Part shown: positions 15,964 through 28,073 of the stretch, in pieces | Position numbering within the stretch: the stretch's first letter is position 1 | How the letters are laid out: the number at the start of each line of letters is the position of its first letter | Source of the DNA: a virus | Direction: 5' to 3' (one strand) | IMG/VR virus record: IMGVR_UViG_3300027857_000012 | Location: 70,002-134,001 of that record | Length of the DNA: 64,000 bases | Notes under the pieces: model-generated | The model's input: the letters and a program-made list of their open reading frames with translations, nothing else | The model's database searches: none | Told to the model about the DNA's origin: nothing | Translations under genes and position numbers: made by a program

Positions 15964-17130
15964 AAACAGAGCAAAGAGTGATTCCAGAATTGATTGAAAT
16001 CAAGATTGCATTAAATATGGATTCGTGCGTACAGGATCCACGAGCAAGAGAAACATTGCTTCGACAGTATCGAACACTGCTTCGAGTGTGTATTGCACTC
16101 GAATTACATCAACATTTTGCGGACGATCTTTCTCGACATGATATTTTTGCTGATTTATGGGCAGAGGAAGTAGCGATCGCACAAAGTGCCTGTGATGTTG
16201 GGACATATATTTCTCGGTGTCTTCGACCGATTGTTGATCGATCATTTGTGCATGCACAAATGTGGAGTGCCATTGCAGATGTTGTTCTGCGGGCACTTGG
16301 GTCGAATGCACATAAAAGTGTTCACATTTCACTTTCAGCAAAAGCATTTCGACTTGCTGAAACATTCGCACTTGAGGAGGAGAAAAATCGTGATAAGTGA
16401 CATATTGGCATCACTTCGTGATATTGCCAACTTATCTGTTGATGAAGATGTTCGTGCAGTAACATCATACATGCAAACAATTCGGGACGCTGGTGTTTCA
16501 CCAGGAAAGGTCTCAGAACGTGGCCTTGACTTTGCAGATGAGTTGATGTTTAATCAGTATCCTGAACGACAGAAGATTATTCGGATGCAGCTATCTGCAT
16601 ACATTATGTCAAAATCAGCGAAACAAGTAGGAGTACATGCAGAAACTCGCCGAGCGGAACGATCGTCAAAAGAATAAAAAACGGTTAGTTCGCATGTCAT
16701 CAGACCCATCGTTGGATGATCGAATTAGAATTGCGCAAGCAATGTGTCTTGTGCTTGCGCAAGCGTTTCACAGTGAGTCGTTGACACAAGAAGCATTCGA
16801 AACATGCACAGCACTGGAATGTCAGGCACTTCGAATGCTTCTCACGCTCATTGACGATTTACGACAGCAAATACCCAAGGATCATTCATGATTGGATCTA
16901 TCGGCATTGGGTCTGCCCTTTTGGGCATTTTTTGGATGTATAATTGCATTGCGCTGCAACACCTCTATCAAATCACACGACAATCGACGCCTGGAAGTCA
17001 CTATTGGCTCACGACGCTTCCTGTTCGAAATCATCTTCATCAAGTTCAAAAGAAGCGTGATCGTGAGCTTCTGAAATCACTTCTTTCAATCGGGATTGCC
17101 GTGACTTGCCTTTTTCTTATCTTAAAATAA
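15960..17130 (+). CDS. run of four coupled hypothetical genes (15960-16400, 16390-16677, 16637-16891, 16888-17130)
   Basis: overlapping start/stop codons, genome-typical codon usage. Confidence 0.55.
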
Positions 17131-17142
17131 GTATCATTTTCT

Positions 17143-17172
17143 ATATACATTTTGAAGAAAATATGATATAAT
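17143..17172 (+). promoter_or_regulatory. promoter motif variant
   Basis: ATATACATTT...TGATATAAT. Confidence 0.6.
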
Positions 17173-17213
17173 TGTGTCAAATTCAATTGTCTTTTTTTGC
17201 AAGGAGGAAAAAC

Positions 17214-17801
17214 ATGTCTCAGCATGCAGATTATTTAGAAGAAGATATTTCAGAAGAAGAACCAACGCCATTTCGAAAAGGGCCAGCACCCCGAAAAGAA
17301 AAAGCAAGCATGTCGCCTCGACGATATCTTGTGCTCGTTATCAATGGTGTGTATGGGCAATTACTGTGGGCGCGAATTAATAACAATCCAGATCTCGAGG
17401 TTGAAAAAGAGCATCGAATCAATGAGCTCCTGCGGCAAGCTGCTGACATGGGTGTATCACTTCGACGGAATCCAAAAACAGGTCGATACGTTCTCGCTGA
17501 TCCAAAAGAAGAAGCTGGAAAGTTTGGCGACTTGAACACGAGTCCGATTGATATGTTGCATACCTATTTTGACACAGCACTCGGGACACTTTTTAGTGCA
17601 TATGCTGAATTGCAAGATCAGTATCAGGATATTCGTGACGCTGAGAACAGATCAGTGATGAATGGAAACTCACCGACAGATAGTGTTCAAACGCACTATT
17701 TGAAACTGGTGAGTGCGAAACATGATATTAAACTGTATCAAGCAATTCGAAATGATCTGCTTCGCTTATTTGGCGTGGAAGTACCCGAAGGAATATCATA
17801 G
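17214..17801 (+). CDS. hypothetical protein
   Basis: AAGGAGG RBS. Confidence 0.7.
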   Translation: MSQHADYLEEDISEEEPTPFRKGPAPRKEKASMSPRRYLVLVINGVYGQLLWARINNNPDLEVEKEHRINELLRQAADMGVSLRRNPKTGRYVLADPKEEAGKFGDLNTSPIDMLHTYFDTALGTLFSAYAELQDQYQDIRDAENRSVMNGNSPTDSVQTHYLKLVSAKHDIKLYQAIRNDLLRLFGVEVPEGIS

Positions 17802-17823
17802 AATCGATGTGTTCTTGTAAACG

Positions 17824-17853
17824 ATGTACTTTTCCTCCATTTTGTGATAAAAT
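17824..17853 (+). promoter_or_regulatory. conserved phage promoter motif
   Basis: ATGTACTTTT...TGATAAAAT. Confidence 0.7.
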
Positions 17854-17885
17854 ACTAGTATACAATACAAATTGGAGGGAAGAAC

Positions 17886-18650
17886 ATGAATATTAGGACG
17901 ATCAAAGCACAATTTCCAGGAACATGTTCGTTTTGTCATGAACCATTCGCCAAAGGTGATATGTTTCAATACAATTATGAATTCAAAGTAGGATATCATG
18001 CCGGGTGTCCTATTGTCACAACTCCACTTCTTCAACGAGTACTCAGCACCCCAGTCATTCAAACACCACTTCCAATGATCGAAACGCACCGTGATGATAT
18101 TACATCTGCACCATTGAAAACACTCGATGCACAAGCACATTTGCTTCCACAAGTCATCGATCTCTTTGATGGTCGATTCAGTATTGAATATGTATTAAAA
18201 AACGGAACACGTCGGCATATTGTTGTCTGGATCAAGACGAGGAAAAAGGGGCAATATGTCGGGTCTCGATGGATTCGAGTGCATTTCGGGCAACATAAAG
18301 GTACTGAGTATGTGCATTGTGCTTTTATCACGGTCGAAGGGAAACTTGTGTTTCTTCGATCATTCACGCAAGACCCAGAGTTAGATGCTGAGCGAAAAGC
18401 AGCCGCAATCGCAGCAGTGCAAGTCCTTGTCACAGGAAAAGAAAATGCACAGTATGCGATGAATTATGCGAAAATGTCACAACGGTGTTGGCATTGCGAA
18501 AAAGTGCTCACAAACATCCGCACACTCCACGATATTGAAAAGAATGGTGGAATGGGTCCTGTATGCGTGAAAAAATATCCAAAACTTGTCGATCGTGTAC
18601 GAGATGCGTGCCGACAGGGACAACCAAGTGTTATTACATTGTCATTGTGA
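17886..18650 (+). CDS. Zn-binding protein with DUF6011-like C-terminus
   Basis: N-terminal CSFC..H..C; C-terminal RCWHCEKVLT..GMGPVC. Confidence 0.65.
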   Translation: MNIRTIKAQFPGTCSFCHEPFAKGDMFQYNYEFKVGYHAGCPIVTTPLLQRVLSTPVIQTPLPMIETHRDDITSAPLKTLDAQAHLLPQVIDLFDGRFSIEYVLKNGTRRHIVVWIKTRKKGQYVGSRWIRVHFGQHKGTEYVHCAFITVEGKLVFLRSFTQDPELDAERKAAAIAAVQVLVTGKENAQYAMNYAKMSQRCWHCEKVLTNIRTLHDIEKNGGMGPVCVKKYPKLVDRVRDACRQGQPSVITLSL

Positions 18651-18680
18651 ATCAGTGACATTTCAAAAATGCGTAAAACG

Positions 18681-18710
18681 ATGTACTTTTTCTCCACTTT
18701 GTGATATAAT
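18681..18710 (+). promoter_or_regulatory. conserved phage promoter motif
   Basis: ATGTACTTTT...TGATATAAT. Confidence 0.75.
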
Positions 18711-18730
18711 TGTTCTTAGTAAAGGTACAT

Positions 18731-20180
18731 ATGCGAGAACGTGAATTACCAGGAATGCGGCAGGTATTGCCGAAACAAAGTGAAATTGACCAACATTTAA
18801 CTGCAGTGAATATGACAATGCTTGCAAGTGCACGAGCAAGAGAACTTGCGTGGTTTCATGAACGACGAATACCGATCGTCGAGGTGAACACAATGATCTA
18901 TCTTGTGCCTGATGGCATCGACGAAAAAGAGTTTGCACATCAACTTGGGCAAGTGAATCTTGTGCTTGGAGAATTGTTAACGCATCTTGCATGGTTTGAA
19001 CAGCACGGATTAAGTTTGAAACGTCGAACGGTTGCTGGAACTCAGCAGTATGTATATGATGGCAAACGAGCACCCAAAAGTGAGATGTAGTTTTCTACAT
19101 CTTTGCTCATCGAGGGGCCCCAAATGTCATCTGGAATGTGATAGAAATTGCGTAAGGGAACGGCCAATCCAAAAACAGCGTGGCGAACAGCATATTACGC
19201 CAAATTGAATGATATTACACAGCACTTGCATCAACAAGACGAATTATTGCAATTAATTCACACGGATCTTCCGATGTTTCGATGTCGACTGTTATTTTTT
19301 CATTATTTTGAATCATGTTGTTGGTTCGTAGATCAAGGATTCAAACTTGAATTTTCGATGATTCATGGATCAATTTTTCATGATTTGACAACAAATACGT
19401 GGAAAGTCGTCGATTCAGTCAAAATAAACGAGAAATAGTAAAATGAAAATAACCATTGAGTTTGAAACAATAGATCAAGATGAAGCACTTCGAATTATTC
19501 GTGCACTGTTTCCAAGCGCAGTGTCATACAAAAGACACTGTGAAGAGTGTTCTCGATTGCTAGAAAATGGTCGATATCGATACTGTCGAGCATGTGTTCG
19601 CGGCAAACAGCATTTACAAAGTCGTGAATCAAGAGCAAGGCAAACTGCAGAATTGCGAGCATGGGCTCGTCAAGCGTAGGAGAAACACAATGCGAGCATA
19701 TGGGCCGAAACGAAATGATTGGTGTAGTGTGCGAGGCACCATTTGCAAAGATCAGTGGTGTATTGCCAACAAGTATCGTCGTGGTCTTGGAAAAGGAAAT
19801 ACTGCTCTTCATCGACGTGTTCGAAAATCAGCGAAAGCGCGAGCACGTCGTGAGAATCGAGTGCATGTATGAGTGAAGAGTTACGACAACGTCGAGCTGC
19901 ATTTGTGGACGCAACAAATCTTGTACTTCAAGCGTATATTCTGAATGGTGGCTCATTTGGGGCACGTATGTTAATGTGTGCTGAGGTACTTGGCCCTGAC
20001 GATTTTGCAACAGTACAGTTTCTCGTCCAAGTGCTTCCAAAGGATCTCGACAATGTGTATGATATTATTGCAGCACTTGCAGGTGAATTAATCGAAGCTC
20101 GAACACGATTATGTATTCTTGGTGCAATGTCTGATGCCGATCGACTCAAGTCAGCTCGTCCGCTTTGGAGGGTTCGGTAA
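18731..20180 (+). CDS. run of small hypothetical genes (18731-19090, 19148-19438, 19443-19679, 19690-19872, 19869-20180)
   Basis: RBS-preceded or coupled ORFs; 19443 has CxxC..CxxC; 19690 is small and basic. Confidence 0.55.
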
Positions 20181-20623
20181 TGCTTGAAGAAGTGCATATT
20201 GCATTTACTGGACCATCACAGAGGTGTGTAAATGATTCAATGATGCTTCGAGCACTTCTCACTGAAATTCACTTAGAATTTGGATCATCTGCTGTCATTC
20301 GAACTGGTGCGTGTATTGGGACTGATGCACTCGTTGCTCGAATTGCGACACGTCAACAGTTACATGTGTTTACAATTGTGCCAGCGTATCGAGGAAAAGT
20401 TGATGTTGAGTGGCAACAGTGGTGTGCATCATATCATGAAATGCTGGAAGAAACATCGTTTCGTGATAGAAATACATACATGGTGCAAGGAGCGGATTAT
20501 GTATTCGCCTGTTTTCGAAATCGATCGCCAGAAGCATTGCAAACAGGTGAGGGAATGACGTATCGAATTGCTCAACGAATGGGTATTCCAACGATATGTG
20601 TGTACTTTAATGAAAGTGAGTGA
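20180..20623 (+). CDS. SLOG/DprA-YspA-like protein
   Basis: IAFTG..TGACIGTD..FRDRNTYMV..GEGMTYRIA..GIP motifs. Confidence 0.7.
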   Translation: MLEEVHIAFTGPSQRCVNDSMMLRALLTEIHLEFGSSAVIRTGACIGTDALVARIATRQQLHVFTIVPAYRGKVDVEWQQWCASYHEMLEETSFRDRNTYMVQGADYVFACFRNRSPEALQTGEGMTYRIAQRMGIPTICVYFNESE

Positions 20624-20626
20624 AAC

Positions 20627-23600
20627 GTGCAAAAGCGATATGCACTCTTGCGTTTTTTCACCATTCTGTTAACGATTGTTGTCGTGTTAGTGTTTATCAC
20701 CATTGCATTTACGACAACACATACTGCAACAGATTTTACAAATATGCTGATCCCAATAGGGATCGTCACGATTTTTGTGACCCTTATTCTTGGATTCATT
20801 TTGAAACCAAAGAGGTAGATATGTGTTACGTACATGAACCGTTAAGTGAAAGGATAGTGATCGATCGTGATCACGACACATTTTCCAGCAGGGTTCCCGC
20901 CAACAACAGGCGAATTATTTTACTTTCTCCTTGGTATTCTTTTAGTTGGGATTACGTTTGCACTTTTCAAATGGGCAGACAGAAAATTCGCGTATTTTAT
21001 CATCGCATTTTCGATCGTGTTGCTCCTGTTGGTGCACGCATAGTCTTGGCGATTCGGAAAATATATCGCCAAGGGCATGTGTCGATTGATGTTGACACAG
21101 CACCGACAGAAAAGATTCAACTCGGTGTCGGTGCACCTCGTGAATTTTCTGTTGTTCTTGGTCGAATGCATGAACGATTGCATGAGTTAACCGAATTCAG
21201 TGATCATTTGATTGTCGATGGATTTCGATTGGCATCAAAAGGTCGCCGTATACAGTGGCAAGACGGAAAAATGTATGAAATTGTTGATGTCTTTCAAGAT
21301 CCGAAAGATCCGATGTTGATTGTTGGAACATTGCAGCAGAGGTGATGTATGCATGCGTGTTTCTTTTGTGTGAATAGAACATGGAATCGATGCTCATGTG
21401 GCACATATTGTTGTCCTGAGCATCTTGCACCACATGTATGCCCAAAATGCACTCATATTGCAAACATACAACTTCGTTCTCGAATAGAACACCGTCTTGT
21501 TCCTTGGCAATATGTTGAAGGAGAAGAACGGTTTACTCAGAAAGTGATACAAGAATGATTGAACCGAATGGTGAATACCTTTCTCAGACAGATGAGGATA
21601 TATTCCAAGTTGTTCGAGGCGGATTGCAACTCGCAGAACAAATTCTTTTGATGGCGAAAGGAAAAAGCACGAAGTCAACACGAATTGCGCTCAATTATAT
21701 TGGGAAGTATGGTGACTGGACACCACTTCTGTTGCATCCATGGTATCGACGATACCTCATGCTCCGGAACTATGGGGCAGATGAGGTTGAAGCAATGAAT
21801 CAAGAGCAATATCCTCATGCAAAATTCTATCCAGGCGAGACGATTTTGTATCACCGAACATTGGTGGTAACAATCGATGAGCCGTTACCACCACCATCAG
21901 TGACTGGAACACATTGGCAATATTACTCTGTGTTTGGTGATCGAGGTGAGCGTGTCGAAGTGCCAGAAGATGCATTGACTCGATTGCATTCCGGTATTCT
22001 AACACACGCTGGTGCTATACGTATAGGGCGACCAGAACACGGTGGAGCAGTAATCGAATATGTAGAAGATGTTGGAGAAGCCTTGTTCGTCTACAAAGAC
22101 AACGAGAAATTGGGTGAACATGTGCCATTCGGGGCAGAGGGAGTATTGCAAGATGCATCAACAGATGCTTGAACATGTCGTTATAGTGGCCATGCTTGTT
22201 TCAGCATGTAGCATTTATATTGGATGGATATGGTTTGCACTTGCATTTTTCCGTGTCGTTCGTCGCTGGTCTCGATTTCGCTACGTCACGTTCACTGAGC
22301 ATCTGACATATGTCTGGTATGCGTGGCGTCTCCAGTATGCATTTGTTTGTTTTCTTGTCGGATTAATCTGTGTCGTACTCGGACAAACTATATTACGTAT
22401 GGTAACACAATGAATCGTCCGAAACCAAGTGAACTTGCTCCAGACGATTCGCCAATCCCAGCAATACTTCAAGAAGTGAATCGTCTGCAATATGAAATTT
22501 ATCATCGTCTCCGTACTGGTGAACGTCGATCATCGACGAGTATTATTCTACTTGATGATGCACAAAAACAACTATTAAAAACGCTCTATCATGATATGCA
22601 TGTTCTTCCAGTGATCAACAAATATGGGTATTATGAATTATATTGATGTATGAACGAGATATCAAAATGAATGAACGAGATATGATCCTCGAATGGAAAG
22701 CACAACTCACAATCGGACATGTCTGTGATCTTATCGAACAAGTATATAAGTACAGACTCCACCGAGGATCAATACATATCCTCGCCGTATCACCACCAAA
22801 GTTTCTGATCGCAGCAAGTCGCCTTGATGCTACTGGTGTTCGCCAACATCTTCTTCTGTTGCTCGACTGTCTGACGATCATTGAACTCTCACCACTCGAG
22901 GAAGAAAGGTTGATCGAGTGGGGAATGAAACAAGTGCAACGTCAAGTGCTCGCTGAACAGGTACTTGTTGGTGATGAAGAAGAAACGGGAAAGGGTACAT
23001 AAATGATACACATATTCAATTTGTCATTGCTTTTGCTTGGATCTGTGTCACTCACTGTTGGTGTTGCAGGACTTGTTGCGGCAAGTGTCAAATATCGACC
23101 AACACGAGCTGAGCTACAGAATGCGAAAGCATTTGAAACATGGTGGAAACAATTGTGGCTCCAACGACCGATGAATCATGCACTTGCTGTGATGCTAATC
23201 GGAGCCATTTTGAATCTTTTAGCACTGATGACTCGATAAAGGAATAGTCAATGTCACAAGATTACTTGCAAACGAAATTCTCTTGCATTCTGACACTCCT
23301 CCATGAATGGACAACAAGCATAGGTGAAATTCGAATTTACAGGTCAGAATCGTGTTCGATTCACCTCGTTGTTGCAACATCCAAATCACATGTCATCAAA
23401 AAGTGCGATAATGAAGAGACAGCAGTAGATGATGCACGTCTCCTGATAGGTGTCGCGGACATTCAACCGACGGACTAAAGGTGGATGTGTATTGTTGAGG
23501 TGCACGAGACTAATGTCCATTAGTATACTTGCATTTGTGCATAAAGAAGAACAAAAATTATGAAAATATTGAAAATGATAGGATAAATTGTCATGGCAGC

Positions 23601-24181
23601 ACCTGAACAACTGTTGTTTGATATACACTTGCTTGATACATTTCTTGATGCGTTTCGACTTCATTTAATTCGAATGGCAGATTTATGGTGGAAAACACAC
23701 CAATCAGAGTGGCCAAAAACACCAGAGAATCTTTGTTATCCAGATGGATTAGCGGCATTTATGCGATTTACATTGTCGCAGTGGATGATGGCGCATCAGA
23801 AAGACATTATTGCACTGCTTGAGTCAAAAAATATTCCTGTTTCAATTGATGTGAAAATGGAACATCTGCAGCACGAAATTCTTGATAACATTAAGATGCT
23901 TGTGCAAGATGGCTATATCTCAACACCCGATTGGGGAAGAAAGGATACACATGAACACTGAAGGTCTTGCGCTCATTCGATGTGCTTTGAGTGAGAGTGA
24001 CCCTGCACATGCAATTAATTGTTGGTCAATGGTCAAATACCGAGAGGTCAATGCGTCTGGGCAACACCCAATTGCATTTGAGCATATTACATTTGCAGAA
24101 GCACTTTCACTTGTGACAGGGACACCAGCAGCAGACATTGAAGCAGAACTTGCAACGCTGACACAACAAGCATCAGAATAA
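20627..24181 (+). CDS. run of hypothetical genes (20627-20818, 20821-21345, 21349-21558, 21555-22172, 22165-22413, 22410-22646, 22643-23002, 23003-23239, 23251-23478, 23593-23961, 23951-24181)
   Basis: tightly packed, coupled ORFs; several membrane or Cys-rich. Confidence 0.55.
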
Positions 24182-24262
24182 GAGAACGTGCAAAAGAATC
24201 AAACATCATCACAAAAATGACTCGATGAAAAACTCAAAATAGCATTTTTATGTTGGAAAAGT

Positions 24263-24292
24263 ATATACTTTTCCACATTTTTGTGATATAAT
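24263..24292 (+). promoter_or_regulatory. promoter motif variant
   Basis: ATATACTTTT...TGATATAAT. Confidence 0.65.
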
Positions 24293-24346
24293 TAAATTAG
24301 GTCAATCAATTGGATGGTTGATCATAGCAGAAAGGATTGTTTTTGA

Positions 24347-25011
24347 ATGACAGGTAATGAAATTGTAGATCAAGATGCCGCAGATGCATTGCTTCGAAAG
24401 TATAAGAAGACATTGTCAGATGCAGCACGAGACTTTTGGATGGTGCATCGAGATGAGTATGATGCAATTCAGACATCTGAGTTTCCTCTTGAAAAGGATA
24501 CGGAAATGACGCATCAATTTTTGGATGCTGTTGATGATGTTACAGATGTTCTTGCACGGTCCTGGACGTTGACGTCGTAATCCTTCAACTCCGTTTCTTC
24601 TGGATGGAGAGACGGCATAAAGAAAAACACGCTGCCAAGAATGCACACAATGTTTGATCAGATTAAGGAACAATTATGGTACAAAAACAATTAAATCGAT
24701 GTAGCAATGATGAAATTCTTTGGATGGGACATGTATGGTATTATTTGCGAGTTACATTTTGTGTCAAGTGGCAATTAGCACATCCTAATGAAGAACAAGA
24801 TTCGGATGAAGACGCACTCAAGTGGAAAATAGAAGATGAAGAATTTTCTCCATTTCAAGCGAGCATTTATCGTGCTGGTTTCGAGTGTGCAAAACGAACA
24901 TTTGAACGATACGGATTCCGAATCCTCCATAACGAATTATTTCCTACTCGGCCTCTTCTTCGACTTGCATTATTAGCTCGATGTCCAAAAGATGATGAAA
25001 TTGGAGAATAA
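24347..25011 (+). CDS. two hypothetical genes (24347-24580, 24676-25011)
   Basis: AAAGGA / AAGGA RBS. Confidence 0.55.
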
Positions 25012-25012
25012 T

Positions 25013-25543
25013 ATGGAACAATCACGATTCGTTCTTGATACGACGGGTCATAACCGTCAAAGACGAAGCTATGAAACATATGACACAGTCCTTCAATTGT
25101 ACCAAGAAAGAGAAATATGGAGACAGCCGAATGTTGTCACACTCCTTGGGAGTGCGGCATTCGACCGTGAATATCGATTCTTTTCAGAATTGTTTACGTT
25201 GGCTGGGTGTCTTGTCTATTCCAGTGGAGCGCAGCAGAATGATATATCTGAAGTGATGCAAATGCGCTTGACGCTATTGTCATTCTCAAGAATCGCACAC
25301 AGTGATATTATTCTTGTGATTAATGGTGTTCGGCATCATATGTACGATTACTTGGGGCCAAGCACACGAAACGGCATTGCGTTTGCGCGGTCACTTGGTA
25401 AGTCGATCACATTTGCTTATCCACATGCATGTCGAAAACTCTGCCAATGTAATGGATACTTTGATGTGTTTGACCCACTGTTGTATGCAGATGAGATTGC
25501 ATATATACACGATTCGATTTATGCTGAAACAGAACATGAATAA
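25013..25543 (+). CDS. nucleoside 2-deoxyribosyltransferase-like Rossmann protein
   Basis: VVTLLGS..F..TLAG..RIAHSDIILVIN..YLGPST..A...GK; paralogue of 38620-39138. Confidence 0.6.
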   Translation: MEQSRFVLDTTGHNRQRRSYETYDTVLQLYQEREIWRQPNVVTLLGSAAFDREYRFFSELFTLAGCLVYSSGAQQNDISEVMQMRLTLLSFSRIAHSDIILVINGVRHHMYDYLGPSTRNGIAFARSLGKSITFAYPHACRKLCQCNGYFDVFDPLLYADEIAYIHDSIYAETEHE

Positions 25544-25581
25544 GAAAAACACGAAATCATGGTGGATGGTCTTGCTCAGAG

Positions 25582-26500
25582 ATGATTAGCGAAGAATTGT
25601 TGCTTCTTGCAGAATTTTCGCCTCGACTCGAAAAGAAGCAAAAGAAAAAGCTGCTTTTCGATGGAATATCGAGTCGATTGAGAACTTTACAGCAACAACA
25701 GATCGTGAACGTTTTTGTAATACTTCAATGTATGGTGAGGCAGAACAAAACAATTTCTGAGATTGGTATGAACAATACGTATCACATGTCAAGATTGAAT
25801 GGTGTATCATTCAGAGTTCGAATGTTCACGACACGATTGCTCTTGAAATTCGAGCGTGGCATCATTACTGAATTTGAAGACTATGAAGATCGGTTTACGC
25901 TTGAAGAATTGGAGTACATTACGTCTCGAATTGACCAAAGTCTTTGGCATACACCAAACGAACGGTTTTGTAAGTATTGTCATCATTGGCATGCAGATGC
26001 TGGTTGTCGATCGTACTTTGTTCCAAACGATCCAGTGATGCGATCAACAAATGATTCAATGTGTAGTAAGTGTCTTGCTGATCTTGAACGCATATTGCAT
26101 GAAGAAGGGCACACATTTGACAAGCATGGAACAATGTTGAGTTAGGAGAAATATGCTCATTCACGCTGGGAACACGTATCTTGCAAAAAATGGACAGTAT
26201 GTGACTGTATCACTTCGAGATGGAGCATGGTGGAGAGGATCATCTGAACACGTTTCATGTCTCTTTTGGAGTAATGATGGGCAGTGCCAAGTGGATCGTT
26301 CTTTTGATATTTTGGTTTCAAGAAAAAGGGTGAAAGATCTTGCGTTTCGAGTGCAGAGTATCGCTCAGTCAGCATCAATCAGATTCGATATGGCGTTGCT
26401 CGTTGAAGTTGTTGTTGAAGTTGCATTTGGAGATAATCATTTAGATATTCCAGCTATTCGAGATGCGATTCTTGCAGAAATGCAGAAACAACATCCCTAG
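25582..26500 (+). CDS. two hypothetical genes (25582-26145, 26153-26500)
   Basis: ORFs with CxxC motifs / AGGAG RBS. Confidence 0.55.
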
Positions 26501-26535
26501 TTGGATAGAATACAGATATTTTAAGGAGTTTTTTC

Positions 26536-27480
26536 ATGCCGACAAGAATCCCATTGCGTGTGGAATCACATCTTCATTTTGTAAAAGAAATGCGATTACA
26601 TGCATTTACAGCATTTGGATTATTTGCGCTCATGATTCTTGTGTCATTTGGTATCCAGGAGTGGACGCTGCAACAACGGAATACGAGTCGTGATTTGCAT
26701 TCACACCTCCAGACGATGGTTGTTGAGACGCTCGAACTTGGATCAACAGCGTCAGCAATCTTTGTCAGCATAAACAATAGTGAACGAACAACATTTACAA
26801 CGATTCTTACACAATTTCAAGATGAACATGCATATGCACAAACACACCAATTTGATGCATCTGCAACAGCGCTGTTTCTTGGTGCTGAAACAACATATTC
26901 AAACATTGTGACTGATGGAACAACAATTCAACAAAATACACAAGCTGTTGGTCCATTGCTTCGGTTGTTTGTTGAAGAAACAACCGCGTATGGTGCAGTT
27001 CTCACAAAGATGTATATGATCTATACGGACATTCTTGCAACAAACAACACGAGTGTTCAAGTGTATAGTATCATTGAAGCAGTGAGTGAATTGCTAATTT
27101 TGTTCATTTTCACATCCATTGTCTTTTTTCCTTCACTGAATCGATTAAAAGGAAGTGTTCAAGATTATGTATCTGCACAATCGAGAGCAGATTCGATTAT
27201 TCAGGAACTGCCAGCCGAAGTGCATAATCTTCCTATTGATGTTCGACAAGTCGAACAAAATGTGTATGCTGTGAAGGGTAATGGGCAGGTGTACATGGTG
27301 CATTATCTTGACGAAACAAAAACATTTGTGTGTAAATGTGGTATTTTCAAAGAAATTGGCACATGTCTGCATATTCGTCGAGCATATTGGTTGCAGCGAC
27401 AACAGTGGAAGACGACCCGTGAACATCAATTGCTGTGGCAGAGCGATCAACAGAGAACAGTGCACGTGCCTCATCAATGA
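26536..27480 (+). CDS. two-TM sensor-like protein with SWIM zinc finger
   Basis: two TM helices flanking a helical domain; C-terminal CKC..F....TCLH. Confidence 0.65.
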   Translation: MPTRIPLRVESHLHFVKEMRLHAFTAFGLFALMILVSFGIQEWTLQQRNTSRDLHSHLQTMVVETLELGSTASAIFVSINNSERTTFTTILTQFQDEHAYAQTHQFDASATALFLGAETTYSNIVTDGTTIQQNTQAVGPLLRLFVEETTAYGAVLTKMYMIYTDILATNNTSVQVYSIIEAVSELLILFIFTSIVFFPSLNRLKGSVQDYVSAQSRADSIIQELPAEVHNLPIDVRQVEQNVYAVKGNGQVYMVHYLDETKTFVCKCGIFKEIGTCLHIRRAYWLQRQQWKTTREHQLLWQSDQQRTVHVPHQ

Positions 27481-27514
27481 GTTTTAGAAAATGATCCTTA
27501 TTTGCGTACAAACG

Positions 27515-27544
27515 ATGTACTTTTTGTGTATTTTGTGATATAAT
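27515..27544 (+). promoter_or_regulatory. conserved phage promoter motif
   Basis: ATGTACTTTT...TGATATAAT. Confidence 0.75.
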
Positions 27545-27584
27545 TATCATAGAAAGTAATTCTATGGACGCATAACAAAGGACA

Positions 27585-28073
27585 ATGCTGATGCAACAGG
27601 CGAGCATTTTACGATTTCCATATGTCGATCCACCAGAACATATTGTGCATTACACGCTTGAAGACATTCTGCCAAAAGAGTCATGTTTTGCACTGCACTG
27701 GTTAAACTCGTCACTTTCGCTCCTCACCATTAAAGATGCTGTTCCTCATTTAGTTGCTGAAGAAAAATTTACGCATATGGAAATGCGTGTGCTTCGGCCG
27801 TTACTTGCGATTCATCCATATTTCGCAACACATAGTGTCATGTATGCATCGTATTGGTTTGATTCGATGTCTGAAATCAGCATTGAAAAAGCACTGCATC
27901 GACTCCGAGAAGCAGATGCAGCAAACATTTTGGATATGGAAATGCGCCCAATTCGAAATCACATCCATCGTGTGCGTACGAAAATGCATACGTTCGACAT
28001 TGATATTGTTGCAACACTCAAAGTTGGATGGTCATTTCAACGGTATCGAGAGGGATTTTTTGCACATGGTTAA
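27585..28073 (+). CDS. winged helix-turn-helix protein (OmpR C-terminal-like, Ktedonobacteria-type)
   Basis: FT..EMRVL.PLL..HPY...EMRPIRNHIHRVRTKM..F.IDI.....GW. Confidence 0.65.
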   Translation: MLMQQASILRFPYVDPPEHIVHYTLEDILPKESCFALHWLNSSLSLLTIKDAVPHLVAEEKFTHMEMRVLRPLLAIHPYFATHSVMYASYWFDSMSEISIEKALHRLREADAANILDMEMRPIRNHIHRVRTKMHTFDIDIVATLKVGWSFQRYREGFFAHG

